A DNA stretch of 64,000 bases from Paraspadella gotoi (Eukaryota; Animalia; Chaetognatha). This document shows positions 27,385 to 40,179 of this stretch, piece by piece (position 1 is the first letter of the stretch; each line of letters starts with the position of its first letter). Where the stretch lies: assembly GCA_051294375.1 (NCBI GenBank), contig CM119267.1, forward strand, positions 16,093,454 through 16,157,453, in the 5' to 3' direction. Under the pieces are notes generated by a model, which saw nothing but the letters and a program-made list of their open reading frames with translations, searched no databases and was not told where the DNA came from. Both the position numbers and the translations under genes were made by a program.

Positions 27385-30341
27385 ACGCCACTGTCCGTCG
27401 CCGCTGCGACGGCCGGCTGTCTATTCCGAGCAACAGCCGCCGCCGCCGCCGCGGCCGCCGCCGCCGCAANNNNNNNNNNNNNNNNNNNNNNNNNCCGCCG
27501 GTCCCAAATTGGTTGGTAAACATTTTGTCGCAGCGAAACGAAGAAGACGAAAAAATGTACAGCCGGTCACGCTTATGTCTTCGGCACCAAAGGCGGCGCT
27601 TAATATGTACAGCCGGTTCCGCTTTTGCCTTCGCCCCGAGGCCCTTATGTCACGCTCTCCTCTTCCGCCCAAAGGGAAAGGGGTGGACAAAAAAAATAAA
27701 AAATACAGTCAGCCTTGCTAGAGTTAGCTATAAATTTTTTTTTTTTGGGACCGCGAATAATGAATGCGTTATTTTAATAATATAAGATATAATAAAAAAA
27801 AACTCAGCCACTGGGCAGACGCTTAATCGGAGAATAACCCGCGGTAACTGTAGCCAAAATCTAAAAATTAAACGATTTCGGCAAACAACGACAGAGACGT
27901 GGTTGCGCAGCGAAGTGGGGGAGTAGCGGAGCAGCGGAGCAGCGGAGCAGCGGAGCGGGCGGACGGGAGAAGCGCAGATAAGGAGAAGTTAAGAGAAAAA
28001 TTAAGAAGAAAAGAAGGAAGCGTTGAAAATCTTTTAGCCAATTAGGTAATTAATAAAATTATAAAAATTACATCCATAAATTAAGTTTCGTTATGATAAA
28101 ACTTAGTTAAATTTAACACGAGCAGAATTGTGAAATCCTCTGTTTCTAATACATAATCAAAATTAAAAAAAGTTATAATTTCGTAACAGCTAAGACATAT
28201 TTTATAAATTTATTTTTTATTATTTTTAATATTTACCCGAACGTTAGAGCAAGGAGTATCCAAGGAAATAATTACAAAAAAGTAAAAAAACGAACTAGAA
28301 TATAAAAGATAGTTAAAACTTAAAAGTTTAAAAAAGAATAATAACAGAGGATAAATAAATGAAATTTAAATCAGGTAATCATCCCTCTCCCCTCTCTAAT
28401 TTCAACTGGGGTCCTCTCAGGGGAAAAGGATCTGTTCACTTCTTTGCCCAACGGCCTAATTCGTGGCCAACGTGTTGGGGTGCTAGTTGCACATCATCAA
28501 CAACAGTGGTCACATGATCTTCTGGGAAAAATGGAGCGAAACTTCGGCCGTCATCAAATCTTTCAGAAAGAATTAGAGAGATAGTTGTATCAGTTGTTCG
28601 TTGTCGTGAAAATTTGTGGCGATGATGGCAAATATATCAAATATATCAAACTATATATAACCTTTGTACTTTTCTGTAGGACTTTTAAACAAAATTGCTC
28701 TTTACGATATACAATTATACACACTTGAATGAAACAATAAAGATTACAAAATAATGACTTTCAGAGTTCACAAACCAACAATTGAGATCAGATCGCGACA
28801 CCGGGCTGCAAAGCGGATTACGAGGTCTGTCCAATCGCAATTGGTTCGACCAGAGAGTTCTGTCCCCCAATTTCCTAGATGGGAAGTATTAACTTTGCCT
28901 GTGACATCAATCACGGCTCTAGCAGAAAGTGTCTATTGAATCATTCAATCCAACTTCGAAATAGCACCAAACAGAGAGAACAGAAGTAAAAAGCCGAGCC
29001 AAATGGAGAATCGTCATTGACCGAACTATTGTTTGACTTTGAAAGAAGGAAGAGAAAAAAAAAGGCGTTGGAAAAAAATGAGTATTCGATCCTTTGTTGA
29101 CAGAATTAAGTCCTCAAGAGAAATTATCCGATGTACGGCGGACTGTGAAGAAGCGACGACATAAACTATATACAGCTGATGTTTAATTATTAGTAATAAA
29201 AACGATCATTATTCCATAGCAAATATTCAATTTTTCATCACTGTCTTGTTTTATGAATCATTGAGAATACTTTTTAAAGCAGTCGAAAATGCACTTTGTA
29301 TTTTCAAAGCTCATTTCAAAGTGCGGAACGAAAAAACAAATGATTTGAAGAAACACTTACAAGACCTTGTTCGTTAACTTAAACGTAAACAAAACAGAAT
29401 TATGTTGTACAGCAACAACGCTTCGGTTGCTTCACTTGCGAAACAAGCAGCCAAAAGAAAAGAAAGACTCTGAANNNNNNNNNNNNNNNNNNNNNNNNNN
29501 NNNNNNNNNNNNNNNNNNNNNNNNNNNNNNNNNNNNNNNNNNNNNNNNNNNNNNNNNNNNNNNNNNNNNNNNNNNNNNNNNNNNNNNNNNNNNNNNNNNN
29601 NNNNNNNNNNNNNNNNNNNNNNNNNNNNNNNNNNNNNNNNNNNNNNNNNNNNNNNNNNNNNNNNNNNNNNNNNNNNNNNNNNNNNNNNNNNNNNNNNNNN
29701 NNNNNNNNNNNNNNNNNNNNNNNNNNNNNNNNNNNNNNNNNNNNNNNNNNNNNNNNNNNNNNNNNNNNNNNNNNNNNNNNNNNNNNNNNNNNNNNNNNNN
29801 NNNNNNNNNNNNNNNNNNNNNNNNNNNNNNNNNNNNNNNNNNNNNNNNNNNNNNNNNNNNNNNNNNNNNNNNNNNNNNNNNNNNNNNNNNNGAGCGAAGA
29901 AGGTGGAAAACTGCGACCGGGGGCAAAAAATTTGTTAAATCAGATGGACAAGATCCTCAAAGGATGTTTCACCTGGGACCCCAGTCGTCCAAGTCAGATA
30001 AGCCATATTTCCTCTCTCCTCTCTCTCCTCTCTCTCTCGCTCTCTATCTCTCTCTCTCTCTCTACTCTCTCTCTCTGTCTCTCTCTCGTCTCCTCATGCG
30101 ATACATCATTGTTCTTCTTTATCTGTCATTCTCTCTCTTCCTTCCTCCTCGTTGTCCGTGAAACTCCCCCCCCTCGTCACCTACAACCCCCCCCCCTCAC
30201 TCCCGCCCCCGCGTCGATCGCGGTCTTCTCTCCGGGCAACAGAATCGGGACGACACAGAGTGCCTGTTCAGCCAGTTCTCCTACTTCTTTTCTATTCTTC
30301 TATTCCCTTCTTCTCCCTTTCTAGTCGCGTCTCTCTCTCTC

Positions 30342-30410
<69 letters not shown>

Positions 30411-31423
30411 CTCGTTTTCTATCTTGCCTTTCCGACTTAACTCTCCTCTATCTCAGCTTTTTTTTTCAGGTAAAAAAAAAAAAACTGAAAAAAAAAGTGA
30501 AGACAAATGTGTCAAAAAAGGGAAAAGTTCCGTTTGACTCGGGTTATCAACAAGGTGCAAAAACTCATTTCAAGTTTGTGGATTTTCAGTCACACCAACA
30601 AACAGGTTGGCCAATTTAAAAGGTTTAGGAAAAAAAAGATAGAAAGAAAGAAAGAAAGAAATATGAAATGAAAGAAAAATAGAGAAAAGCTTGAAAGAAA
30701 AATAGAAAGATAGAGAGTGAAAAAAGAAAGAAAGACGGACCGGTCTTTTGCGCTAATCTTCCTGAAGCATTAGCACGCTTGATTGAAGTCCATCTCTTCT
30801 CCGATGCACGAACACGTTAAACAAATTTTCGACAAAGATTGGCCAATAAAAGATTATAAAAAAATAGGAATCAATATTTAAAGAAGATAATCAAACAAAG
30901 AGGTTCTGTTTTTAGGTGAATGAGAATTCTTAAGATTTTTTTTTTTACTTTTGAATAAAGTGCTTTTTGCTTTGATATATTTATTATTTATTCTGGAATT
31001 TAAGTGAAAGTGTTTAAAAAGCCGGGGCGTCAACAAATGACTCTGATCTCACCATCAACATCATCAAATGCAAACGAAAACGAAGGAGAGATTCGCCCCG
31101 AAGAATCAAACGACCTCCATCGACGAAATAGACATTCGGCCGCCAACAGATGACCGTTCAAAAAGCAACAAGATGGCCGCCAGCCAACAAATGACCATCG
31201 GCGCCGCTATGCTGACCTCTGCAGTCCCTTCTCGGCCGCAGAAGAGAACCCTTACTTTTTTTACTACGTGTCCGGGAGAAACGACTCGAGAGAAGGAGAG
31301 AAGGAGAGAAGAGAGAGAGATAGAGAGAGAGACGGGGGGGGGGCGAAAAGGCTGGAGTGGAGTGTCATAGAAATCGTAATATTCGTAAAAAAAAATTATG
31401 TCTCAATCGCGTTTACAAGCAGA

Positions 31424-31465
<42 letters not shown>

Positions 31466-32684
31466 TCCGTTTCCCTAAGAGCCTTGTTCGTTGTTCATTC
31501 ATGCCAAGTCATGCATCTTTTTAGTTGGAAAGAAACTGTCCAAATACAACTCAGGGAAACCCTAGGCTTCGCCAACTTTTATCCTCCTTACTTTGCCATC
31601 CGCATCCAAGTTCCAACCGCTCTCCTTTCACACAAACTCGATTCGTGCCTTTTCTTTTCCGCCCACTTTTTTTCTAGTTTCGAAGCTTCTTTTCTAACAT
31701 ACTTTCGTCCACTATCATCCGGTGTTCACTTTCTTATGTTACCAATGAGCTTCCACTCCAAAGCCCTCGCCCTCCCGCCCTCACGCCCACCCGCAAACCC
31801 TTCCACCTTCCACCATCTCCCTTGTCCTCTATCTTCCCTACTCAGAATTGTCTCGCTGACCTTAAAAGGATTTGTCCCTTTTTTTTTTCTCTCCGCTTTT
31901 TCGTTTCCATTCTTCTTTCTATCCTCCTTCGATCCTTTATCACTTCTCTTCCTCTTTATCCTTTTCTCGTCGAGACCGAAACAAGTTATTAATGGCTTTT
32001 TGTTCTTTTTTTTTTCTTCTTCTTCCCTTTTTCATTATATTCGTTTCGTATTTTTGTTCCTGGTTCCCCATATCCGCGTTTAGAGTAGAAGTACATGTCA
32101 TTAGATGAAAGAATTGCTCAAAATTTGGCGTAACGATTTATGCACACGTAAACCTAATGCGGAATCACGTTGAATAGTAAATACGTGTAATGAATACGTG
32201 TAATCGAGAAATATGCTTTCGCAGCTGAGATTGTGAACAGTGAACACTTATAACATTCCTTTTTTCCACTTTTCTCCCTCACGACAGAAGCGTAGGATGT
32301 TTCAATAGAAAAAAAAGTTACAGAAAATAAAAATCGTCATGAGGTTTCATTTCTAAGCGATAAAGTTGCTGCGATTGAAATCAATAGCGCGATATTTCTG
32401 TCTCATTGTAACTTTATAATTTTTCTCTTCTTTCAAACGTCTGCCTTTCCCCCATCACATTTTCCCGTTTGCCGCGAGTTTATGACCAATAAAACCTCGA
32501 CTAATTAATCAAAACCCAAGCAGTGAAAAAAATGTAAAATTCCCTTTTATTCAATGTACGACGCGGCTGTAAAAATGTCATTGAGATGAATACATTTTTT
32601 TTACAATCTGTCTCTACTTGATCGCGACGAAAGTGACAATCTGAAATGAAAGCCTCCCCCCCAAGTCTAAAAATAGAATGAAGT

Positions 32685-32870
32685 TTGGTTTGAGGTTTAA
32701 AGATTAGATAAGCGGTTGAGGATTAGATTACGGATCAAGGTTAAGGGGTTAAGAGATTAGGGTTTAAGGTTAGGAGATTAGGATAGCGAATAAGGTTATT
32801 GATTAGGGATTTTAAGTTACGCATTGGGGTTAGAGATAAGATTAAAATTTAGATTAAAGTTAAATATAAG
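32685..32870 (+). repeat. Degenerate TTAGGG/GGTTA-like tract
   Basis: Irregular ggttaa/gattag/ttaggg units. Similar tracts occur at 9295-9340 and, on the reverse strand, at ~13410-13500. Confidence 0.55.
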
Positions 32871-33049
32871 GAAATAAGGCGCTTTTGGAAAACAGTGTCC
32901 CAGCTTCTTGGTCCGAGAAGAAAAAAAATCGTCTGGTCTTTCGTCTCCAATTTTCTGTTGCGAGAAAAACAACAAAAGTCAGTTGGGCGAAGACGCTGCT
33001 GTCACCGATGACGCGCCCGGAGAAGAAAGAGCTAGGAAAATAAATTATT

Positions 33050-33091
<42 letters not shown>

Positions 33092-35408
33092 AAGAGAGAG
33101 AGAGAAGGGCAGGCAGTTCTTGAGTTTTGGCTCTAGGCTTTTAGTGCCATGGTAACGAAGGCTTAACCTTCTTAAAGTAAGAGGCGTCGAGAATAGTAAA
33201 GCAGGCCTTTGGCTGAGGGAGAAATGGTCATCCTCTCGTGAGCAGGACTCGCCACATTCCACCCATAGTTCCACCCATAGTGACGCTTTTAAAAGCACGA
33301 GAGAGACCTCCCACTTCATATCGCATCATCATATTATATCCTCATGTTCCTTCGAGATTTACGCGGTCCAACAAAAGCCGCTTTATTTATTCTTCAGTTA
33401 AATAATATATATATCGTGTTGTTTGAAAGCGCACGCACGCGCAACGCTCTCTCGCCACTACGCCACGAGCTTCGCTCTTTCAGACACGATCCTCATGTCG
33501 TGCCTTCATTGTCAGTCATCGTCCCGATCGCGCTGCCACAGCTGGAAAATCAGAGAGAGCGGCGTGCAAGTAGAGAGGCGTTTATCGGTCAGGATTGTCG
33601 AGTAGATCGTTTTTTTTTCCGACCTTCGGCTTGCGTCGATCAATCATCGGTCGTTCATTGTCAATGGCTTTCTTTGTCTCACGCATTTTCCTTTTTCTTT
33701 CTTTTATACTCCTTATCGTCGTCGCGTATAACGTTCTATTGTTTTTGTCATTGTCACTCGGACTATTTTCGTATTCGCCTAAAGACATCAGCACTAAAGC
33801 CCTCTCATAGTGTTGGAAAATTATAATATCATGGTCTACACCCGCCATCTCTGTCCCACGCGCGGCTTTCTTCTTTCTTTCTTGCTCCTTCACCACTAGA
33901 TAAATCCGTCAATATGTCACATGATTTTCGTTCAGTGGGTATTGACTCTTAAGTCACATATGCTCTCTGGTCGTCACGTCATTATCACTTGACAAACAAA
34001 CCTCGCTTTTCCCTATCCACCCCCAGTCGTCTCTCTCTCACTTTCGCATTCTCCTTTTCTTTTTCTCTTTTTTTTCTGCTCGTCTCCGTCTCGTCCTCTT
34101 ATCTCTCTTCAGCACAACCATGCTTCGCGCCGTCCGCGCGCGTAACACGCGGAAATTGGCGGTTATGACGGACAACAGTTCTGACTCCTCCTCTCTCTCT
34201 CCTCGATCATCATCCTCTCGTCTCAGATCTCTCTCTGCTCTCCTTCTGCTCTCTCTCTCTCTCTCTCGCGGTACGAAAGGAAACCCGGTGGTGTCTTGTG
34301 GATTTTACCCACCGGAACCGAATACAACGTTGTTTCTCCGTTTTTTCTTGTCACCTTCTAGTTTTTTTTTCGGCGCGACTAATAAAAGTCTATAAAAAAG
34401 AAAAGCGAAACGCCAGCAAAACGCCAAAAAATTTTGTATATGGTTTTTTTGTCTTCTTTTCTTTTCGTCTTTATTTATTTTTTATTTATTTTTTTTTTTT
34501 GTGGCAATACTCTAAGAATGCACGGGTGACCGAGCGGCTGTTCAAGAGTCGAGTTAATCTTCTCACTTCCGATCTTCGGGGGACACATTCTTTATACAAT
34601 CTCGCCGAGACGAGAGCCAGAGAACGAGAGGAGAGAGACGAGAGAGCGAGAGACCGCAGAGAGACGCAGAGAGAGCAGAGCAGAGCAGAGAGAGACAAAC
34701 TTTTCTCGTTCGTTTAAAATCCGTCGTACACTGAGCACACCTCGTCTCAACGCCCGCCTGAATCCTTACTTCATTCCGCTCAATAATCAACTCTCGTTCG
34801 CGGGGAGAAAACATGTGATTTCTTCGAAATTCTCTTTTGGTTGAACGGGCGGCTGAGATTTTCGTTTATGGTTTATTTGGTTTGTACGTTCGCTAATTCC
34901 GTATCTCCTCTTCGGCGGCGTAAGAGTCTCGCTTACGCATCGAGCACGAACTGACGCATATTTTATTTCTTGTGTCTTGTATCTATGATGATTTGGGCTG
35001 CACATCGAGGTAAGGTGAGTAAATGAGGGGTCATTTTTTTACTCAGTTATTTTTAATGTCTTTTTCAACAAATCGGCCAATAATCAAAAAAACACTTTTT
35101 TTCTACCCTCTGTAAAAAATTAATTTTTAAATTTCATCGTCTTTCGAGTTTTTAAAACTGCAAAACACTCACTTCCAAGCGTCTAACTAATCCAGTAATC
35201 TCGCCCCCCTGCCCTCATCCCTTTTAACATTTCGACTATGGTTCTTATCAATATTTAGTAATCACCAAGCCTCTCTTCACTCCCCCTTTATCTTCTCTGA
35301 TTTCGGTTCGAGATTTAGAAACAAATTGTGACATTAAAGCACTAAAGAACTTGACTCAGAACAAAAAACGCAGATGATATCCGAGAAAAGAAAAACAACC
35401 TTGGAACG

Positions 35409-35473
<65 letters not shown>

Positions 35474-35586
35474 AGAGAGAGAGAGATTTTTTGGGAGAAA
35501 AAATTAGAGAAGAAAACTTGGAAAGAATGAATTTAACGAGGAGAATGGGAGGGGAGAATTGAGAGAGCGAGAGCGGCGTGTGAAGA

Positions 35587-35680
<94 letters not shown>

Positions 35681-36797
35681 AAAACCGAGATCGAACCCAC
35701 GCCGAAAAGGTAATTTTTTCGCTTTTTTATTTTCTCTACGATTTTCTGCCTCGATTTTTCTGGCGACAGTAATTTCTTTTATCGTCGAGTTTTCCTTAAT
35801 CAGACATAATTTTTTATGGGTTCGATGGAGGAATTTTTTTTTTTCATTTAAGATTATTTTTTTAGTTTGATAATCAAAATACCACAAAATAATCTTGCCA
35901 TTATGTTTATTTAAGTTTTGCCACTCCTCGACTTTTATTGAAAATTTTATAAGATGTGAGAGGAACAAGGGATAAAACTTCAAACGGAATTTGAAGTCGT
36001 AGGATTTANNNNNNNNNNNNNNNNNNNNNNNNNCCTTAGTCAAATTTTGAAGTTTTTTTTTTTGAAACACGGAAGGGAAATAACTTTCTTTGCCATAAAA
36101 TAAGTTGTATAAAGCGTTTATGCAATTCTTGTTTGAATGTGGATCCCCAGGCCGTAATTGGCAAGTCTTCGTTCAGCGGTCCAAAAACAGTCTAAAAAAT
36201 CATTTCATAGGGGTAATAACCTTTTCCCTTTCGTTGTTTGTGTATTGAGGCAAAATGGTTTTTGTTTACAACGAATTTTGTTATTGTTTTCATAGAAAAA
36301 AACGACAAGCTTTGTCGGCCTTTAGTTGCCAAGCCTTCACTTCCCGCGTTCAAACAATTTGGTAATTTTGGCACAGTTTGTTCCGTGAAAGACAGGAGAG
36401 AGGGAAGGAGAGAGAGAGAGAGAGAGAGACGGCAAAGTTTTCCAACAGAGTTGAGAAAGAATAGTTGGTCAAGTGGGTGGAGGACAGGTTTAAGAATGAG
36501 GACAACATGGGTGGCCTCTTTGAAGCGAACCTTAGTCAAATGTGAAGTTCTTTTTATTTGAACACCGAAGGGAAATTATACTTCTTTTGCATAAAAATAA
36601 TTTGGTATAAAGCTTTATGCAAATTCTTGTTTGAATGATCCCAGGCTTAATGTTGCAAGTCTTCGTAGCGGGCAAAGACAGTTTAAAAAATCAGTTCAAT
36701 AGTGGTAATAACCTTTCCTTTCGTTTGTTCTGTTGTATTGAGGCAAAATGGTTATTTGGTTTTACACACGAACTTTTTTTTATTTTTCATAGAAAAA

Positions 36798-36842
36798 AAC
36801 GACATGGTTTCCGGCTTTAGTGCAAGCCTTCTTGCAGCGTCA
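36798..36842 (-). ncRNA. Degenerate minimal type-I hammerhead ribozyme motif in the Penelope pseudo-LTR
   Basis: The minus strand reads gacgctgcaagaaggcttgcactaaagccggaaaccatgtcgtt. With the sister copies (36301-36350 minus, 38570-38615 plus) the inferred consensus is gacg-CTGAAGA-aggcttgcaactaaagcc-GAAA-catgtc, with palindromic ACATGT stem III and a GUC site. No single copy is intact. Confidence 0.55.
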
Positions 36843-37649
36843 AAACCAATTTGTGAATTTTGGACAGTTTTTGTGTGAAAGAAGGGGAGAGAGGATGAGA
36901 GAGAGAGAGAGAGACAGGGCAAAGTTTCCAACACAGCAGTTGAGAAAAGAATAAGTGGTCCAAGTGGTGAGGACAGGTTAAGAATTGAGCGACAAATAGA
37001 GATTTTACCGTTGTGAATAGGGAAATGAAATGGTCAGAGTAAGAGACGAGAGAGAGAAGGGAGACAGGAGAGAGCAAAATAATACATTGTCAAATGCTAA
37101 AAACAAAGTAAATTTTTTTAAACTAAATAAACAGTTATTAACAATTAAATAATTAAAATAAGTTTTGGAGTGTAGAGGTGAAATGAAATTGTGAAAGTGA
37201 GAAAATACATTTAGTGTTTAATAAACGTTAGAAGAGTAGAGTTAAGCATTAGAGCTCAAAGTGAGCTGGCCTTGGTTTGGGACAAATGAGAGGCTCGGCG
37301 ATGAGGGCTGGGGTCATTGGCGTGTGTCATCTTGGTTGGAGAGGACAAATTGAATCGACATGTTATTGTCGGGTAGCGGATGGCTTCCTTGCGGAAGATT
37401 TCAAGCGCGACTGCGAATGTCTCGTTGCCTGATACGCTGCCAGCTTGCTCTTCTCGCCTGCTGACGCAGGTGTCGCGTTGTCAGTTTTCTTGCCGCTTTT
37501 GCACAGGAGTGCTGGACTCCTCCCCCCTCCTCCTGGAGCGTCCGTTTTTGGGTCGCGCTCGTCCCAGAGAGAGGATTGAGTTGCTACAGTTGATGGAAGG
37601 CCCATCGCCTGCCCATTGCCTGCGTTAAGGTCTCCCGGCCTCGAGTGCT

Positions 37650-38560
37650 CGCGTTGAGTAGCAACAGGGGAATCATTGTGCAGGACGTGGTGGAGGCGGG
37701 CTTCACCACGCTTTTTATAAGCGAATCATAGCTTTGGAGGGGTCGAATCGTCCTCCATCACGGGTTCAAAGAGGGTGTCAAGAGCTTTGATATAAAAATT
37801 GCCTCTCTAATACCTCTTGAGAACCAGTTCCGGTCATGCGGACAGCACGAGACAGTCTGACTCTCTAAGATGTGGCCCAGTGTTTTGCTGTGTTGGCTCC
37901 AGCAACAAGCGGACAGAAGTGCCCCGCGCAGGCGTCACGGGGTAGGGTTTTTGTCTGTTGCTTGAACCGAATCGTCAGAGACTTTCCTGTTTTCGCCACG
38001 TATGCTGCTGTGCGGGTTGGTGCCCGCTCTGCCACAGGGCGCCCAATAGGACGGCTTCCTTTGATGTTTTCGGTTCTGGGGGATTTATCTTTCGGTTTCA
38101 CCCCATGCTTCACGCGAGAGAACCGCCGGGGATCGTCACAGAGCTGGAGCATCCCCTGCTTTTTCTAGCCACCCGCACAATGGACTCCAGTGATCCCTGG
38201 TGGTAGGGGAGGACAAGTGACCCACGCTTCCTTAGGTCGCTTCTGCTTATTCATCCTGGCGGTGCGCTGGTGGTGGGCGCGTCGGGCTCTTCAGCAGCAA
38301 GCTCCCTTCCGACCTCCTGGGGGGTAGAGGTATTGGAGTCAGCGTTCGCGGCGGCTATTGGCAAGCCCGGTGTTGGCCACTGCCCCTCTCAGCAGGCACC
38401 GGCCGCGTACCTAGCCTTCTCGAAGGCCCAACACTGGGTAACCGTGATCGCTTTAAGGCTCTTTGACGTGCTCAAGCTCGGCGGCCTGAAGCGTCGCGGG
38501 GTCGGACGGAATCAGCTGGCTCTCCTTGGTAAGGGATCTGACCTTGCGCAGGCTTGTGAG
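37650..38560 (-). pseudogene. Penelope-type reverse transcriptase C-terminus plus GIY-YIG endonuclease (frameshifted)
   Basis: Reading across frameshifts gives HK..VRSLTRRA.LIPSD...AELEHVKRALK..GYP.WAFEKAR, then ..LPYHQG.., then KPKDK.., then AYVAKTGKSLTIRFKQ (in ORF 37865-38152; cf. YVGETGRSLxTRFKEH), then TGHIL.., then DRNWFSRGIREAIFI...PSLN.DGGR...SYDSLIKSVV. This matches the Penelope GIY-YIG C-terminal consensus. Confidence 0.85.
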
Positions 38561-38704
38561 ACAAATTTTGACGCTGGAAGATCATGCCTTGCAACTAAAG
38601 CCGAAAACAATGTTCCATTTTCTATGAAAAAAAAAAAAAAAAATTTGCTTCTGTAAAACAAAAACCATTTTTTGCCTCAAAAAATATTTTTCATAACCGT
38701 TTTG

Positions 38705-38752
38705 GCCGCTGGATCGGCAAGACTCGCAATTAAAGACGTGGAAACATGTCCG
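38705..38752 (+). ncRNA. Second degenerate hammerhead-like motif in the inverted pseudo-LTR
   Basis: ccgctgga...aagactcgcaattaaagacgtgGAAACATGTC. Homologous minus-strand copies at ~36150-36182 (cgctgaacgaagacttgccaatt) and ~36640-36675. Confidence 0.4.
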
Positions 38753-40179
38753 TATTATTAAAAAAACAAATCATTGATTTGCAATTAAAAATTTGTAAAC
38801 TTTGTTTAATGATTCCTGACGATTCGAAATCGTGCAAAAACACTGGGGGTGTGTGCATCGTTTCTAAATACTTAGCATTTTAAAAAAATTTGTGTACGAT
38901 CGACCCAGGAATTAATCAATATTATCTACATGCAAAATTTTTACTCCAATAATCCGGGATATTTTCGTTCAAGAGTTATCGCAGAAAACGATCGCGAAAT
39001 CGCGGCTGCGATGACGATCTCTCTGGTCTCTTCTCTCTCTCCCTCTCTCTTCTCTCTCTCTCTCTCTCTTTTTTGTCCTTTCTTTAAAAACTTTTAGTAT
39101 CGCGCATTTATTCGCCGCTTTTTGCTCAATTACAAAATGCACAAATTTACATCCAGATGGTCGTGTGGATTTTTTTCTAAAAAAATTCTGGATTATTCTT
39201 TATATAAACGAGAGAGACCCTAATAATGCGGTTTTTCATTGGCGGGGAAAATGTCCAGCCTCTCTCTCTCTTCTTCTCCTCTCTCTCTTTCCACTCATAC
39301 ACGCATTTGTTTGTTTTATTTACGATGAATGATTCAGCGCGTAATGAAATCACTATCATCGCACCAATTGAATGCACTATCATCGCTATCTCTCTCTTTT
39401 TCTCTCTGTGTGTGTCTGTCCCCTCTGGTGCCGATCTTCTTGCGTGTCGCTTTGTTTGAAAAACTTACTGATTATTCGTCTTTTCCTTCTAAAAATTTGT
39501 ATATTTGATTACCATTCTATCTGTCGCGCTTTTTTTTCAAGACAAACATCCCAATATTTCTTCATTCGAGCGATTTGTCGTGGATTTATTCTCTCTCTTC
39601 CTCTCTCTCTCTTTCTCTCTCTCTTCTCTCTCTTCTCTCTGCGGCTTTCACTATATACGCATTTTTTGTTTTATTGACGTTATACGGCATCCAATGAATG
39701 CACAATTGCATCGCATCCCAGTGAATGACTGATACGCATCGATAATAAATGAGCTTACTCATCGCAAGTAATAATTCATTCCTTATGTACACAATAGAAT
39801 ACTATGTACATCAATCAATTCGTATTACCTTTAATCAATACTATATACATCAATAATCATCGTGAATTTATGCATGATTCATCTCGTTTTTTTCCCGGTT
39901 TTTTTCATAATTTCTCGATGTGATATGTGGGCTCTTGGCTCGGCCCCTCCATCTTGAGCTCTTTTAGCACTTTTTTTTATTTTATTGTTCCTTCTCTCTC
40001 TCTTCTCTCCACTCTCTCTCTTCTCTGATGCTTCTCCTCACTCTCTCTCTCTCGACGTGCTCTCTTTCTCTCTCTCTCTCTCTCTTTTTATGCAGATAGC
40101 GACGATCTTATGCTGTTTTAAGATTTTTTTAACTTGCATCATTTTTTCAACTTTGGCATCATGTTTTCAACTACTGGCA

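Larger units (their letters stand above)
36034..38790 (-). mobile_element. Penelope-like element, 5'-truncated, with tandem 3' pseudo-LTR repeats and an inverted pseudo-LTR at the truncation point
   Basis: Minus-strand coding remnant at ~38560-37650, followed by an AT/pyrimidine-rich 3' region. Two ~497-bp direct repeats lie at 36034-36530 and 36531-~37000. 38561-~38790 is a reverse-complement copy (with a deletion) of the ~36600-36853 part of that repeat, a known Penelope architecture. Confidence 0.85.

Noticed and set aside
31268-32083. 271-aa ORF
   Set aside because: Low-complexity F/S/L-rich product of pyrimidine tracts.
37840-37890. KTLGHILE read as an R2-type CCHC zinc knuckle
   Set aside because: The surrounding motifs (YVAKTGKSL, NWFSRGIREAIFI, PSLN.DGG) identify a Penelope GIY-YIG domain instead.
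38814-38835. CTGACGA...GAAA hammerhead-like core
   Set aside because: No room for stem II between the core boxes.
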